Of a DNA stretch of 64,000 nt, positions 13,587 to 29,500 are shown piece after piece. The notes under the pieces are model-generated. The model was given only the letters and a program-made list of their open reading frames with translations, was not told the DNA's origin and searched no databases. Each line of letters starts with the position of its first letter. Position 1 is the first letter of the stretch. Position numbers and translations under genes: made by a program. Source of the stretch: the human T2T-CHM13v2.0 reference genome, Homo sapiens; the NCBI RefSeq assembly GCF_009914755.1, contig NC_060928.1; one strand, 5' to 3'.

Positions 13587-15381
13587 TCACTCTGAGGAAA
13601 TACATAGCAAAAGCCTCCTTGTAGAAAATGTGCCAATCCAGAAGCCAGGAATCTTCTAGGAAAATCTCAAGTTTTGGTAATTTTCATTAAAATATTAAGC
13701 AAAATGCCGGAAGATATATTAATATTCCTTTGCTGCTACATGGAAATAAAATAAATGAAAATATAGATTTTGGGCTTTAATTCTTAAGTTAGAAAAGCGT
13801 GATTGAACAATGTCGATTTGTGGTAGCAGTAAAAAGACATTTACTTGGTTTGCTAATCATATCTACTTTATAAAATATTATCATGTTACCTATGCTGAGC
13901 ATTTTGAGCTAGATAGTGTGCAATACCCGTCAGTAGTTAGATAGATCAATCAGTCGATTGATAAGTAGATAGATCTGTGATTTGGTTTCACTGCCAATAT
14001 CTTCTTTCTTTAGTGAATACTGTTGGTTTTTAGTGTCTTTCGTTTTAGTGTTTTAGTTTTTAACCACCTATGTTTCACTATTTTCCTTGTGAGAAAAATA
14101 TGAAAAGGAATGATTTGAAGGTTACTTTCACCCTTTCCACTTTTCTCCCCAAATACTTGGCGAATTGAGCCCAATGTTTCATCTCAAAGTAAATTTGCAT
14201 GTTTGAAGCCTTAGGCCTCTGAGCCAAAGCCTGTGAAGGTAAAGCCAGAGATGCACGCCCTAAAGCAGAGACTCTGGCAGATACAGCCAGCGAAGCTGGA
14301 GGGAGTTCCTTGAGTGTCACTCCTGACGAAATAAAAGTTCATTGTGTATTTATTCTCTGCCCCTTTCATCTTATCTCAAATCCACAGAGCGCTAAGTTTT
14401 AGTCAAGGAAGAATGAAATAAAAGTAATAGAAGGAGAAGACTTGATCAGAATCTTCAGTGTTCAGAGGAGGATGGAATATTCTTTTTCAAACTTGGCAGA
14501 AATTCTCATCAGTGCTTCTACTGATACTAGTTTTAGCAATTCTGAGGCTTGTTCAAAGTGATGGCCAAGATGTATCCACACCTCCCACGGTTCGTGTGTA
14601 AAACCTTCAAAGTTGCAAACATTGGAATATTCAGTGTTTTGCATCAGTGCCTTAAATCTTCATGGATTTCGGCACTGAAAAGTGAAAACTGGTCCACGTG
14701 TACGCATCTTTCCGGGCACCTGTAGTTGGAATAAGGCAGACACAGAGATGACAGATCTAATGGATCATCCTTCTTTTGCTGTCTCCTCAGAGTAAAGGAA
14801 GTGCGTATGTTTTCTCACAGCCAATCAACTCTCCAAGTCTATTCTACCCCACAGTCCCTTCCATGGCCGGTAAACACTACAGGTGGTAATATCAGACATC
14901 TGTTTTATTCTTTCTGCTCTTTATGTTGTGAAAGGACTCCTAAATCATAAAATCATAAAATTTAAGAAGCGTAACTTAAAAATCCATCAGATTAATCCCA
15001 TTATTGTGGAAATAAGGAAGCTTCAGAGTCCCACAGTTAATGGCACAGATCACACGTCCTAACTCTCATCTGGTGGCACTCTTTAGTCAGTGTCCCATCA
15101 CAGCCTGCAAGAAAACCCTGCTGCAGGCCACGTGATGTCATTGCTGCAGCCCTAAGGTCCCTTTGACATGGGCGTAAACAAGCTGAGAATTCAAAGAAAG
15201 GTGAAGCTAAACAGGGAAATACTGTTAGAAATATTAGAATAGGCAAAGTGATTTTCACTCTTTAAAGTCTGTGTTCCAGGACAATGAATTGTTGGCCTAT
15301 CACCCTCTCAAAAATGCAAGAGATGATAATGCTTTGTATTATCCCCAGAAAGATGACTATGGTCAGTATATTATTAGGTTA

Positions 15382-15989
<608 letters not shown>

Positions 15990-16427
15990 GTTACAAAATT
16001 GTATGGAAACAATTATCTAAGCTATTTTAAGTGTGTGTTTAAATACACATCCAAAAGCCTGGAGGACTATATTTTAGGCAGCTAACAATTTATCTCTGGG
16101 AGTAAAATCACAGGGACATTCAATTTTGGTTTATTGTTTAAAGAACAATATTTGGTTTTTAATATTTTACAGACATCGTTATTCATTTAAAAGTCAATAA
16201 AGATATTTCCGAGAGAGGAATAGACTACCTGGCTGAAGACAGTGGACCTAGCAATGCTAGTGTTAGATATCAGTAATGACGGCAGGATACAGTTACAGTA
16301 CTAAACCCTTTAAACAAGTGGTCTACTGGCTATTCAAAACTAGTTAGCATTTATTGGCAGTTACTGAGTGACCACGTTACCGAAACAGCCTGGCACAACA
16401 GTAAGTTCAGTAAATGGTAGATATTAC

Positions 16428-16458
16428 CATTCATTCATTCATTCATTCATGCATTCAT
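16428..16458. repeat. (CATT)n repeat, probably an L2 3' tail
   Basis: cattcattcattcattcattcatgcattcatt. Confidence 0.8.
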
Positions 16459-17329
16459 TTTGTTAACAGCTTATTGTGTGTGAAAGATTTGGTCCCAGTG
16501 GCCAAGGAGCACACTCTGGAAGGAGAAAGAAGACAGAAATTGTTGTGACATGGTGTGCCAACCCAGCTACTGGAGGATTATACACAGAGCCAGGGGTGTC
16601 CTTAGCTGATCTGGTGAAAGAAAAGTTGGTGATCTGGATTTAGGGCTAAGCCCACAATCTGTCACAAATTTTGCATAGAATATTAATTCTGGAACGAATG
16701 AGTCCAGTTCCTCTTTGAAAACACTTCTACAGAAGTTCCTGTGTAGATGAGCGTTAAAATAAGTGACTCAGGGCCTCCAGTAGTTTATGAGCTAAGAGGA
16801 TCACAGGATAGGATAGGGACCGGGTTCCTCAGATGTTGCTAGATCAAATGCTTTACTCTTCTCACCCTAAGGGCTCCTGAATTTAGCTTTTTATTACACA
16901 GAACCCAGTAAACTAATTAATGGAAATCTAAAAATTATCCTTCCTCTTCTTAGAAAAGAAATATACTGCATGATGATTTGTGCTTTTCGATTTAATGTCA
17001 CACAATCGTTTTTACACTGTATGTGCTTTCCCTCCCCACAGCCCCAGTCCCAGCCCCAGTCTCGCAGTTCCATTCCTTCAGGGCAGCTTCCATTCTACCG
17101 TGAGTTTTTATTGCTTTCCCCTAAAACGCTGCCCTGGAGTCGCGTTTATTGGACACTCTTTAGTCTGTAAAGGAAAAAAACACAAACACCGGAGGAGAAT
17201 CATCCTAACAAGCCGACAACGTATCTATGGGCCTAAAAAACTTAAATTCTTTCCCGTTATTAGCACTTCTCGATCGTTCCAGGAAAGCCCGATTTGTAGC
17301 TTGGCTGCCCCAGGAAGGGGCCTGCGACC

Positions 17330-18840
17330 AGAAAGATGCAAAGGGCGGGACAAGGTTACGAGTGGGTGCGGGGAAGCCTCCCTAACCTGGGGGCCGCGTC
17401 CCAGAGCTGCGAGCCACGCCTCCTCTCTCCCGCCCGCCGCGCCGCCGGACTCTTATTTTGAAGGGCGGCGGGTGAAGGCTCGGAGCCTCCTGAGTCACCC
17501 GGCGGGCGAGGTATAAAGCCCGATACCTGCCCCGCGCCCGGTCCGCGGAGCCCGCTGCAGCTCCCGCTCGCTCCGGACGCGGAATCGGGCAGCAGCGGGA
17601 GGCGGCCCGGAGAGCCGAGGTAGGCGCGGGGAATCGGCCCTGAGGCTGGTGGAAGAAATGTGTGAATTAAAGGGAGTGCAGCGTGCAGGGTGGGCCGCGA
17701 GTCGGGAGTGCAGGGCTCGGGACAGGGTGGGGGCGGGGAGGACAAGAGACTCGTCAGCGCACTTTCCACCCGGCCGGTTCCTTCCCGAGCCCTCTCCCTC
17801 CCCCGGCCCGCGGGAGCACAGATCCCTGAAAGCGGAGCTCCAGATAGGAATGTCTGCATCATCTTGGCAGGGCCCAGACGGGAGAAGATGCTCTGCTGCC
17901 ACGGACGATCCCTCCCGCTCTCCTAACTCTTCTCTGAACACCTCGCACCCCCACGGCCCCCCGCCCCTCTCTTAATCTTGGCCACGCTCCCTGAGGGGTC
18001 AGACCTGGGGTGGGAGGGCAGAGAAAGCGGGGCTGGCAGAGACAGGGGTGAGGGCCGGGAGAGGCGATGACATCATTCCCTGGCAGCTGGCGGGGAGAGG
18101 GTGGGGACGGAGGGGTCCCCCCGACCTGAGCCGAGCCCTCCCTTCCCAAGCCCATCCTCCTTTCTTTGGGATGGTTCACCCCACCTGGGCGCCATTCAAA
18201 GGAAGTTTGCGCGTAACTCGGGGCGTCCTTTCCCCGGCCGGGTGCTGTGCCCGGCCCGCAGTCGGTGTTTCTTCTGGGCCTGGGGGCGGCGTGGAGCCGG
18301 CGGCTCAGTCCCCTCAGTCCCAGGCCTTGGCAGCCGCTTTGTTCACGCCGGGCGCGGGCCGAACCCGAACCTCAGCTGCAGCACTGGCAGCGCGCACCGG
18401 CCACGCGTGGGTTCCCGGCCACGGCCGGGCCAACAAGGGAGGGTCCCGTGAGCAGCCAGGCTGGCCCTCCCCGGGCCTGGGTGAGCTCCCAAAGCTGGAG
18501 CGCAGGGCTCTAGGCCGGCCCCGCCCCGGGGCTGGGGGCTTCCCGCCCGTTTGTCTCATTTTAACTTTTGGGGGCAGCTCTGTCCCGAATGGTGAGTGGT
18601 CCAGACTCTAGAAAGGGGTTTGGTCGCTTGAGCCCGGATTGAGGCTTGGGACCTTTGCTCTCTTGCTGGGGACGGAAGGGGGCGCGCTGGGCAGGAGAGG
18701 GGGCGTCTCGGTCGGGTCTCCCTGGGCTCGGGCATCTTCCCACCCTGCGGAGCCGGGTCTTGCGCTGCGTGCCCCGAACAGGCCCGGGCACACCGAGTCC
18801 CGTTACTGGTCTTCAGGCGAAATTCCAGGACGGGTGTGCA
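17330..18840 (+). promoter_or_regulatory. PALLD: CpG island / internal PALLD promoter (short isoform)
   Basis: Abrupt rise in GC and CpG density; GC boxes (GGGCGG near 17343 and 17463), AP-1 TGAGTCA 17491-17497, TATAAA 17512-17517, then a splice donor at 17620. PALLD is known to use an internal promoter for its ubiquitous short isoform. Confidence 0.88.
17540..17619 (+). other. PALLD: Putative first (5'UTR) exon of the short PALLD isoform; start approximate
   Basis: Begins about 25-30 nt after the TATA box, contains no ATG, and ends at GAG|GTAGGC (donor 17620). Joining to 63154 gives ...GEPR-DPLKL in the palladin frame. Confidence 0.75.
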
Positions 18841-19904
18841 TTCATCAACCTGGGAGTCTCTAGGAGCCAGAGATGACTGGCTCTACATTTTAATGCGTAA
18901 TCACAGAGAAACTAGCACGAGAAAAGGACAGAGGGACCGACCCAAGCTTCAGAGACATGGAATAATATGATCCTGGTTCATAAGCCTTGAAAAGCTCCCC
19001 TCCGCCAGGTTAAGGAATGGTGTCACCAGCCTTGGCTGTGAGGATAATTTCTTGATTTGTGTTATGCAGGCTCCTGTCAGGACTGTCTCCTTAACTCCCA
19101 CTACCTAAGGAAAAGATAGCCAGAGAGTTGTCCAGGGATTTGGGTTTGGGTTGCTTCTAGAAAGACAGCATCTTTCTTGCTATTTTTTTTTTCACATCCC
19201 CCCAAAACAATTTTTTTCCCCCTTCAGACTTGGCAGACTTTGATTTAGATAAGAGGTTTGAGTTAATTTGATTTTCCCCATGTCTGTTTAGATCAATGGA
19301 TATAGGAGATAGTTTGAAGCTAATGTACCCCTATGCCTTTGTGTGAGTGTAAGATTTATAACTTGAGGGAGGCAGTTAATAAATAGCACATCCTTGAACC
19401 ATAAACATACGAGATAGACAAGAGCTAGATAATAAACAGTTTTTCCCCCAATCCCTAAGCTTTACTTATTTTTTTTACTGATTCTTGTACTTTGTCATTA
19501 GAAAAAGGAGTGGGGTTGGTTTCCCAGTGACCGCATTCATTAAGAAACTGGGCATGTACAGCAAGTAGCAAAATATGCCAACATCCACACCATCTCTGGC
19601 TATGTGAAAACTTGGTGCCCTGTGTGAGGAGCATGGGGGATGGTTGGAAATAATGCAGCTTTATTTTTATTGTGATTGTTGGAATTCATGAATCATAAAA
19701 TTCTGATAGCTGGGATGGCGTGGTAGCTCACCTGCTTTAAATAATGTAATAACGACAGGCCCAGTCTGTCCCAGGTGAGGACCACTGACTTAGTAAACAA
19801 TAAACAGGTGTCCTACTCATAGTAGCCTTAGTGTTGCTTCAGTAGATCCTTACGAGCTCTAGATAGTTTTTAGTTGACTTTTAATATTTTTAAAGGTAAC
19901 AATA

Positions 19905-20240
<336 letters not shown>

Positions 20241-21142
20241 TTACTCTATTGTCTTAAGCCTTTAAAACTTTGCTCATGAACTATATTATTTGGACTACCT
20301 TTGAGGGTAGTTGCATTTTTGCATTTTTGCAAAATATTATTTTCCCTAGGTTACAGTAAACCTTTGACTCTGTTATATTTGAAGCAACTAATTATTCCTG
20401 AAACATATAAAGCATTTCCTGGCAATGTTGGTGGAGTTCATACTGCTCAAGGTGCTGAAGTCATTATTTCAAGGGGAAATTATTAGCGTGTTCCAACAGT
20501 TCTTAATTGTCCAAACAATTGTTGATTTCCCCCCTTTCCAGATTTCTTTCACAATCATTGGGAACTATAAAAAGGTGTATTCGACATTTTCTTTTGTGTA
20601 TATTTTCCACTTCAACAATTTTGTATCAAAACGTATGGCACTTTTTCAGCACTTATTTCAAGAGATCCAGATAAACTCTGAGTAATCACAATTCACTATA
20701 CTTCAAAAATTGCCTCCCATTCAGTATTTTACAAATAATCTTCTACAAGTAAATGGGGAAAATAGACACTAACCATATACTTTTTAAAAATAATACATTA
20801 AAAGAGCACTAAAGCGTTCTTTGAAAGTGCTCCTGGTACTATATACGTATTGGCTCATTCTAGCAATGTTCTTTTGAGACACCATACAAGAAATGGAACT
20901 CGACCAGATTTGAGAAAAAGCTGCAGAGAAGGTGAGGATTTGTTCCAGGGCCATACAGAGAGGAAATTGAGACACTCATTTCTTCTTAGTTCAGTCTCCC
21001 AGGTGTTTAGCCCTAGATCTCTTTGAGATTGCACGAATTTAAGGGATTTTTTTTAAAAAACAGGGAAGCTCTGTTATCAAATTTTAAGAGAGGATAAAGA
21101 ATTAGAGATGGTAGATGAGAAATGTTTCATCCAAAGAGTTTT

Positions 21143-21338
<196 letters not shown>

Positions 21339-23009
21339 TGACCCATTCTTGTAGAAAAGACATGGAGATAAAATGAAATAAGGAGAGCCTGAGGTGTCAG
21401 GGAAGGAGAAAGAGCATTTTGAAACTGGTGGCAGGTACAATTCTCTGCCTAACTCCGTGGACTACTTAGGGCACAGATTTCTTCCTGCTCAGTCAGTGTT
21501 AGCTGCCTTCCTGGTTATGTGCTTTAGGGTTGACCGTAATTGGTAACATAAGCCATTCCAGTTAGGTGAGCCTCTCTTCCTTGTGTATTTTGGATAATGA
21601 CTACGAGGAAACAAGATGGAAATGTGGGATGGTTAGCTAATGTCAGTGCCGAGTCTCCCTGCTCAATGCGCGTTAGCCCAACTGCCAAAGCTCTGCCACT
21701 ATGGTAAGTGAAGATGGTGATTTTCAGTTTGGCAGAGACTGTTGGAAGGCGTAATGGCTTATTTGATGGAAAAGATTTCCTGCTGCGGGAGAAGCTGCCA
21801 TTTGCAGACAAGGTGTGTCAGCCAGAAGAAATGAGCAATAACCGTTTTCTGGTTTCTACTGGCAAAAGCTTTGTATTTTTTTCATATAGAAGTGTTAAAA
21901 ATAGATTCATAAGAAAATGCATGAAACCAAGTAAAAAGTACAGACACTGAAATTTCACCAATGAATGGGAGAGAAGAGAGCTAACCTTTGTTGAATAGTT
22001 ATTGCTAACCAGGTGCTTCAGTTCTCACAAAATTGTGTGAGGTAGGCCCGCCACATTAGAGAACGGGGATCAGGCAAACAGAGATGAAGTACTGCTGGAG
22101 CGCCACGCAGGAGACTCTTAAGCTTGGTGTTGACGTCTATGACATTCGGATGCCTTTGTGAGGCTGTCAAACCTACTGCGAAGTAGGCGGCCCTCAGCTT
22201 TCAGATGGGTTGTGTTCTGATTGTGGGTTTGTAAAACTCATTGCTGGGAACCCTGAACACACTTTTTCACTGAAACTATGTCATATTTAGTGGTTTCCCA
22301 GGCCAGCCCAGAAATCATAGCTGAAGTATTCTGTCTTATTAATAGTACCATAGAACCAAACCACTATATATAACATGGTTTTTGTGGGAAAATGCACTCA
22401 GAGCTCCAACTTGAGTTTTTTAAGGTTTTTAATTCCAGTTACAATGGCAAAAGGGACTCCACCTTCTCTCTTTTTCCATTTAAGCCCTGGAGGGAAAATA
22501 AAGGTACACAGAGATACATTTCCTTTCACGTTTCCTCATGCTAACAGAGACCCCACCCTGGACTGCAGAGCGATGGGGAGGGGGGATCCTGGCAGTAGCT
22601 GGCTTTGTGACAACAGAGGAAAGAGAAGAGGGGGAAGAGAGCACAGGTAGCGGAAGAAGTGAGGTCTAGATGTCATCACCTATGGGACCAATTTTGGATG
22701 GCTTATCAATATGAGCTGCAGGCTGACTGACATCGTTTCCTTACTAAACATCATTTTTACTGAGAACTTAGTAACCTTGACCTAGACATTAATGTTACTT
22801 AGTTGTATGTTCAGTATTTTTTAAGTGAAGGTTAGTTTTTAAATAGTCTTCAGTAGTAGAAGGAAAGCACATATGTAGACATCTTATTTTTCTTTTTCAT
22901 GCCAGTCTACTGAATGTCCAAACCAGCACCTATCGGTAGCTGAATACACTCAAGGTAAACCTGGATGCTAATGGATATGATTCGAATTAATCATAGAATA
23001 TATACCGTT

Positions 23010-23195
23010 CGTTGAGTACTTCAAACCAGAAAATGTGCTAAAATGTTGAACACATTTTATGTCATTTAATCCTCACCACAATCCCACGTAGTGAGTACTA
23101 TCAGCACTCCCATCTTAAAAATGATGAAAGTGAGATTTTAAGAGGGTAAGTAATTTGTCAAGATCACACAGATCAGAAATGGCAAGTCTGGGACC
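23010..23195 (-). mobile_element. MIR
   Basis: tcatttaatcctcaccacaatccc...ctcccatcttaaaaatgatgaaagtgagattt...aagatcacacag. Confidence 0.8.
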
Positions 23196-23420
23196 TCATT
23201 AATTCAACAAATATTTTTGGAGCAAGTCCTGTGGCCCAGGCTCTGTGTTAGACTCTGGGAGTAAAGCAGTGAATGAAATGGACAAATATGCCGAAATCCT
23301 TGCCCTCGTGGAGCTTATATGCCAGTGGAAAGAGATGAACAGTAAGCAAAACAAACTAAACAGCTAGTGCCTCAGATACAGTTATGTGCTATGTGGTAAA
23401 ATAGATCTAGGGAGCATGAG
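23196..23420 (-). mobile_element. L2 3' end
   Basis: cattaattcaacaaatattt...ccaggctctgtgttagactctggga...ccctcgtggagcttata. Confidence 0.75.
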
Positions 23421-24114
23421 GAATGCCAGGTTGGGGTTGCAGTTCAGGCAAGTAGAGAATACAGGCTGAAGGACAGCTGTGAGATAACAAAATCAGTCCA
23501 GGAGTACATACGCTATTGTTTCTCGCAGCAACCCATTTTATGTCGTAACACCAAATGTTGAGTACATGTCACCCTCATCAGTCACTGCTTCTACTGCAGC
23601 AAGTGACTGGGGAGGTATCCAAGAATGACTGGTGAAGGGCTTGGCCTTTTCTATCCCAAGGTCAGGAAAGATGAGGACAGTTGCTGGAGGGATGTCCTAG
23701 AGCGGCTGGGGTTTTGTGCACAAGCAGAGGGCTTGACCTCAGCCAAGAGCACAGAGCTGATTCTCCTGTAGCCCCAGAAAACAGGCGGAATCTGGGGGCA
23801 CAGATGAGGGCTGGGTGGAAGGAGCAATGGAAGCTCGTGGAAGTTCTGTGTTGCTTCTGTTTTCTTAGTGGAATGGGGAGTGTGGTCATCAGTGGGGAGC
23901 GAGGGTCGGGGAGGGAGTGCGGGGCCGGGGGTGCAGTTTGAGGAGAGAGATGTGAAACAGTCACCTGGCAGAAAGGGAGCCTGAATTTAGCTGGTGAAAT
24001 GTACACTCAGGATCTGCCCATGGTCAAATTCTGACTCTTAACGTCCTTCCACAGTATATTGGAGATCAGAATTCTCTAGTTCACTTCTTGAGGAGAGAGA
24101 TTATCTTCTAACTC

Positions 24115-24115
24115 C

Positions 24116-24141
<26 letters not shown>
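24115..24141. repeat. Poly-T tract
   Basis: About 26 T. Confidence 0.9.
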
Positions 24142-24146
<5 letters not shown>

Positions 24147-24404
24147 GTCATTTACTTGGAGCAGAGTCCTGCACTTACTATGTGTATGGTTAATGCTTGT
24201 TGAGTGACTGCTACAGGAAACCTACACACTTGTCCAGAAATTTCATTTAAGCTTTTCGTCCTAATTGTCACATTGTTCTCTCCCTTTTCTGAAATGCTGT
24301 GATGTTCCTAGTTCCCAAAACAGTACTTGTATAGCAATTACTGTTAATTATTTCATTGAGTTAATCTCATTCCCATAACGGATTAAGTTTTAGACTAAGA
24401 AATA

Positions 24405-24700
<296 letters not shown>

Positions 24701-24929
24701 AAAAATTCTTAATTGTATACTCTTTTGTAGTATTCTCTTGGGACCACCTAAGTCAAGCCTCATTCCCACCAGATGGTGCCCCTGTTGGGGGCAGTGAAGA
24801 AGCCTTCTATGTCTGTTTCATGACTCCTTCTTGGCTGGCACACTGTTGTGGGCGCTCTGTAGGTAGTCAATGGGAAACGGGAAAGCTACTTGCGGTTAGA
24901 ATAATACGAGAACTAGATATTGGTAATCT

Positions 24930-25340
24930 CAGCTGAGCGAATGGCAAAGGAACTGATGAAGCAGGTGGATTCCAAGGCTAGTTAGGAGAAGGAATTGACT
25001 ACAAGTGGTGTTGGTGGGATGGGAGGGGTGAGGGAGGGGGGATGGGAGGGGTAAGGGACGGGGGTGCATCAGAGGTTACTCCCAGGGCTCTGCCAGACCC
25101 TGGGTAGATGGAGCCGCCGTTTTACAGAGGTAAGGACAAGAGTTTAGTTTTGAACATTCCAAGTGGAGATGTCCAGGACACAATTATATACCTAGGCTGC
25201 CATTCTGGGAGGAGATCTGAGTGGGAGACCATGATTTGGGAATTATCACCACAGATGGTAATTTAAGCCTTGGGAGAGGATGAGTTTGCCCCCAAAGAGA
25301 GCATAAAGTAAGAAAATTGGGCTCTCCGTGTTTCAAGGTT
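24930..25340 (-). mobile_element. Degenerate L2 fragment
   Basis: gagtttagttttgaacatt...gtggagatgtccagg...gatttgggaattatc, typical of L2 body sequence. Confidence 0.55.
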
Positions 25341-26265
25341 GACTAAAGATCCTGTCATTTGACTAGGCTCTGCTATAGTCTGCAAAATCTGCCCAGGGAC
25401 AGAATATTGAAGTAAATAAAGTGTATTCCAGTGAAACCTCAAATAGATTGATTCAAAACTGGAGTTAGAAAAACTTGTGGTTTTTCTTGGTAAAGCTTCA
25501 TTTTCTATTTGTCTTCATAACTATAAATGGATGTATTTGTGTGGAAGATGTAGATTTTTTTAAAAAAAAATCTATTTTTGGCTCTATTAAGAGACAAAAT
25601 GAATCCAAATGTATTCCATACTTCTCTCACATTGCACCATTTTGTTATGTAACAGAGAACGTTTGAGTACATACTGTCCACACCAGCAACTATAAATCTG
25701 TCCTGGCAAGTGACTGTAAGATACCCAGGAACAAGAGATAAGGAGCTCGCCTCTCCAGGGAGAAGCTTTTATTTGCAAGAGAGAGAGTGATATACAAGAA
25801 CTTGCAAATGTCTTTGAAGGGCAGAAAAAATCAGCTAGGGCTAATAAGGCAGCTGTCCAAGTTCATGATTCCTTGGCCCTTCTTTATACACAACCACCAA
25901 GAGTTGTCAGTTTGCAAACCTAGAAAAGTATACCATTGTAATATCAGTTCATCTCCCGCTTTTCCAGAGCTACTCAGAAGCGTGGTGGATGCTTAGTGAA
26001 ATGACCAGAGGTGTGAAGCTGCCAGACCTTTACCCAGATCAACTTCTTTGACTCAGGGTACAAATGAACAACGTAGTCTGACAGCTCACCTAAAAGTTAT
26101 TTGGAATGATTTTATATTGAGAGATTTTTTTAAAGCCTAAATTTAGATTCATCAGAGCATATCAAGGTTGAGATATGTGAAAGGCAGTGCTATATGGGAG
26201 GGTCAAGTTCCATTCGTTTAAAAATACCAGGACATTTGCTGCTGTTTAGTAGGGGAGTTGGGTAG

Positions 26266-26596
<331 letters not shown>

Positions 26597-29500
26597 CACT
26601 ATATAAATGTTTAAGAATTAACATGTATAAAGGTTGGGACTTTCCCAAGGTGAGCTGTTGGACCTGGATCTCCTGAGGCCAACTGTGTTTTTCTTCTCAG
26701 CACAGCAAGCATCCTTTGAGATGCAGAGTGATCTTACCACTTGAAAATGTACATCAAGGGCAACTGCAGAATTTTCCAAAAGCTTAAGCACAGATGGCAA
26801 ATCTGGCAAAGTCAAATTGAGAACACTGACTACATGTTCAGGAGGAAAGTTTTTAAGGGTAAATGCTTAAAAATCCTGAAGACCAGTTTATTTGGGAAAG
26901 CAATTCCAATGGAAAAGTGCGGTTGGCTTACTGAGGGAACCACACAGTGGCAGTTTCTACAACTTGGCCAGCTGCCCTGGGCTGGCAGTTGAGGAGAAAA
27001 TGCAGCAGTGGGGTTGAGTAGACACCTCAGCCACGGAGTGACAGTCATTGTGTTCTAGGTACCATCTGACCGCTCTCTGTCTGCTCCTTCTGTGGCTCTA
27101 TAATATCTGAGCTCCTGGGTAAGCTCCATGCAGCCTCTACAACTCTGCTTGGAGCTCAGTTTTCCTATGTGTTTATTTTGATTTTGTCTACTTATTAAGT
27201 TAAATACAAATCTGAAAATGAAAGAATAATCACCTTGGACTCCTGAATGTTTGCTCAATGTCATTTAGCTCCCATTGTTTCCTGTCACCATAGCAGTCTA
27301 CTGAAATCTCTCAGCATATATTTCAGAATTACTCTGATAGTGAAAGATTTCCTATCCTATGTAGTCCAACAATTATTGGTTTATTATGTGAAAAATAAAG
27401 CAAGTATGTAGCATTTACAGAGTAATCCAGCTCCACTGTTAATACTGTCATTTGAAGAGTTAGCAAGGAATGTGATGAAGACTGAATATCTTGAAACAAA
27501 GTTTGGTTGTGCAGTTGCTCTGCTATGAATTATGGGTCTGATTCCCCTTTTTATATGTGGCTTTTGGATTTTCTTCTGCCCTTGAGGTAATCTGCTCCTC
27601 CTTTCATTCACCGTGCTTTTAGGTTTGGTTTCAGATACAGCATCCCTTCTGCTACATTCTTTAAAGTTAAAAAAAGAAAAACAATTTCACTTTTATTGGT
27701 GATGGGCATTCAACTGAAATTACAAATCGGGAAAACATGACATTCCAGCTCACAGCAGTCTGATTAAAGGTGGAACTCTTATGAAACCACAGGATCTGAC
27801 TGAACATATGGATCATCTTCTGGCAAGCTTAACAGACACCTGATGTTTTCCTTGGCCATCCAGAAATCTGCATCCTGGTGTAGATATCATGAGTTAATGA
27901 TGGAGTCAAGTGTAGAAATGTGTCTGGGACTTGCAGACCTCTTGCTTTGTGATACTTTCTTTTATTTTCTTAACTGGCTGAGAAAATGGCTGTCACTCCA
28001 AGTCTATCTTCTGATGGGCTGGTAGCTCTCATTCAGGCCATCCACAGCCAGCTGCCTTTCCCCAGACAACCTACATTGCCTTGAGTCTTCTCTTAAAGCA
28101 AAAAGACTAGAGGAGAGGAGTGCTACTTTCTTCTCAGCCTTGCTGTCCCTGTCATGTAAGGAGGTACTTAAAAAGCATTCCTATCCAGTTCTCTCTATCT
28201 GCTCCGTCTTCTCTCCATGCCCTCATGGAGTACTTGGTAAAAACATTTAAGTAGATGACTTTATGGAATATGATTCCCCGGTTTTGGAGAAATAAAAAGA
28301 TGAATCTCAGACATCAGTAAGGGCCACATTCTAGTTCAAATTATAAGCCTGTACATAATCAGTAAAACTATATTAGAAATAAAAGCTTCTCAAAAATCCC
28401 AAGTGCTCGTTACCCAAAAAATGATGATAGACGGGGGTCCCACAAATGTGTAGTTGTGTATATGTCATAGTATACGAAGGCCAGGGAAATACATAGTGCC
28501 ACCTGACCTAACCAGCTGTTAAGCATAATTACTGTGGTTTTGCCAGAAAGGAATTCTAAATGCAGGAAGGTTTGCCATTAGTGGGCCACAGAACATGAAA
28601 GACTTCCCTGCAAACCTTTTAGAAAATTTATGCTAGTTTATATTTCAGGAGGTAATACCCATTGGATATACTCTAATTTGGGAAACATGGGATGATTAAT
28701 GAATTGATACAACCTCTAGACCAGGGGAACAGAAGAAAGTTTGGCTTGCAAAATCACAGGCTCCACCTGGTCAGCGCTTATCTTCTTTGTTTAGCTCAAG
28801 TTAGGTAAGTTTACCTAGTTTAAAAGGAGTATTTTAAATTTATGTTTGACATTTAATGATTTCAGATAGTTCTTGGACATCAGGATAAACAAATTCAGTG
28901 TAGCACATACGTAGTATAAGAATTCTGTTGATATAATGCCGCAGTCATAGTTGTAGCCCATTATTCCAGGTAATAATGATGCTACAATTAGAAAGTTTTC
29001 CAATTGTAGTTTTGATTTGCACAGTAGTAATTGCTGTTTCTATTTTCATAGGCAAGGAGAATCCACACATGAATTAGAGGCTTTCCATATTAGGCTTTTT
29101 GGAGACATAGACATGGTGGTGATCGCATGGGGTGTTTGAGAAAATGGAGACTAATTGAATGCAAAGTATTCTGTGGGGCAAGCAGAGTAAAGAATCCAGT
29201 CAAATGATGTCAGCCAAGGATGGCAAGCCCATGCCCGAAAAACTGGCAGCAGCTCACCCATACCAAGCCACCTGAGACATTTCCTGGGCTGGAAACAACG
29301 TTACGGAAATTGAACTTCCGTGCCAAATTTACCACACCTCGCCAAAGCCTGGGCACCTCTCTTATTCATGGGTGCCTCAGGAGTAATTACAGCTTTATAG
29401 CATATCTACTAAGAACTTTAGTGAAAGTGAAAAGGAGTCGGTAACCTTGAATTTTAGCAAACTAGAGAAGGAAGATGTGGGTGTCCTTTCCTCACGCGTT

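Noticed and set aside
16980-18876. Many 60-190 aa ORFs across the CpG island
   Set aside because: Expected in GC-rich DNA; they overlap in all frames and show no protein-family features.
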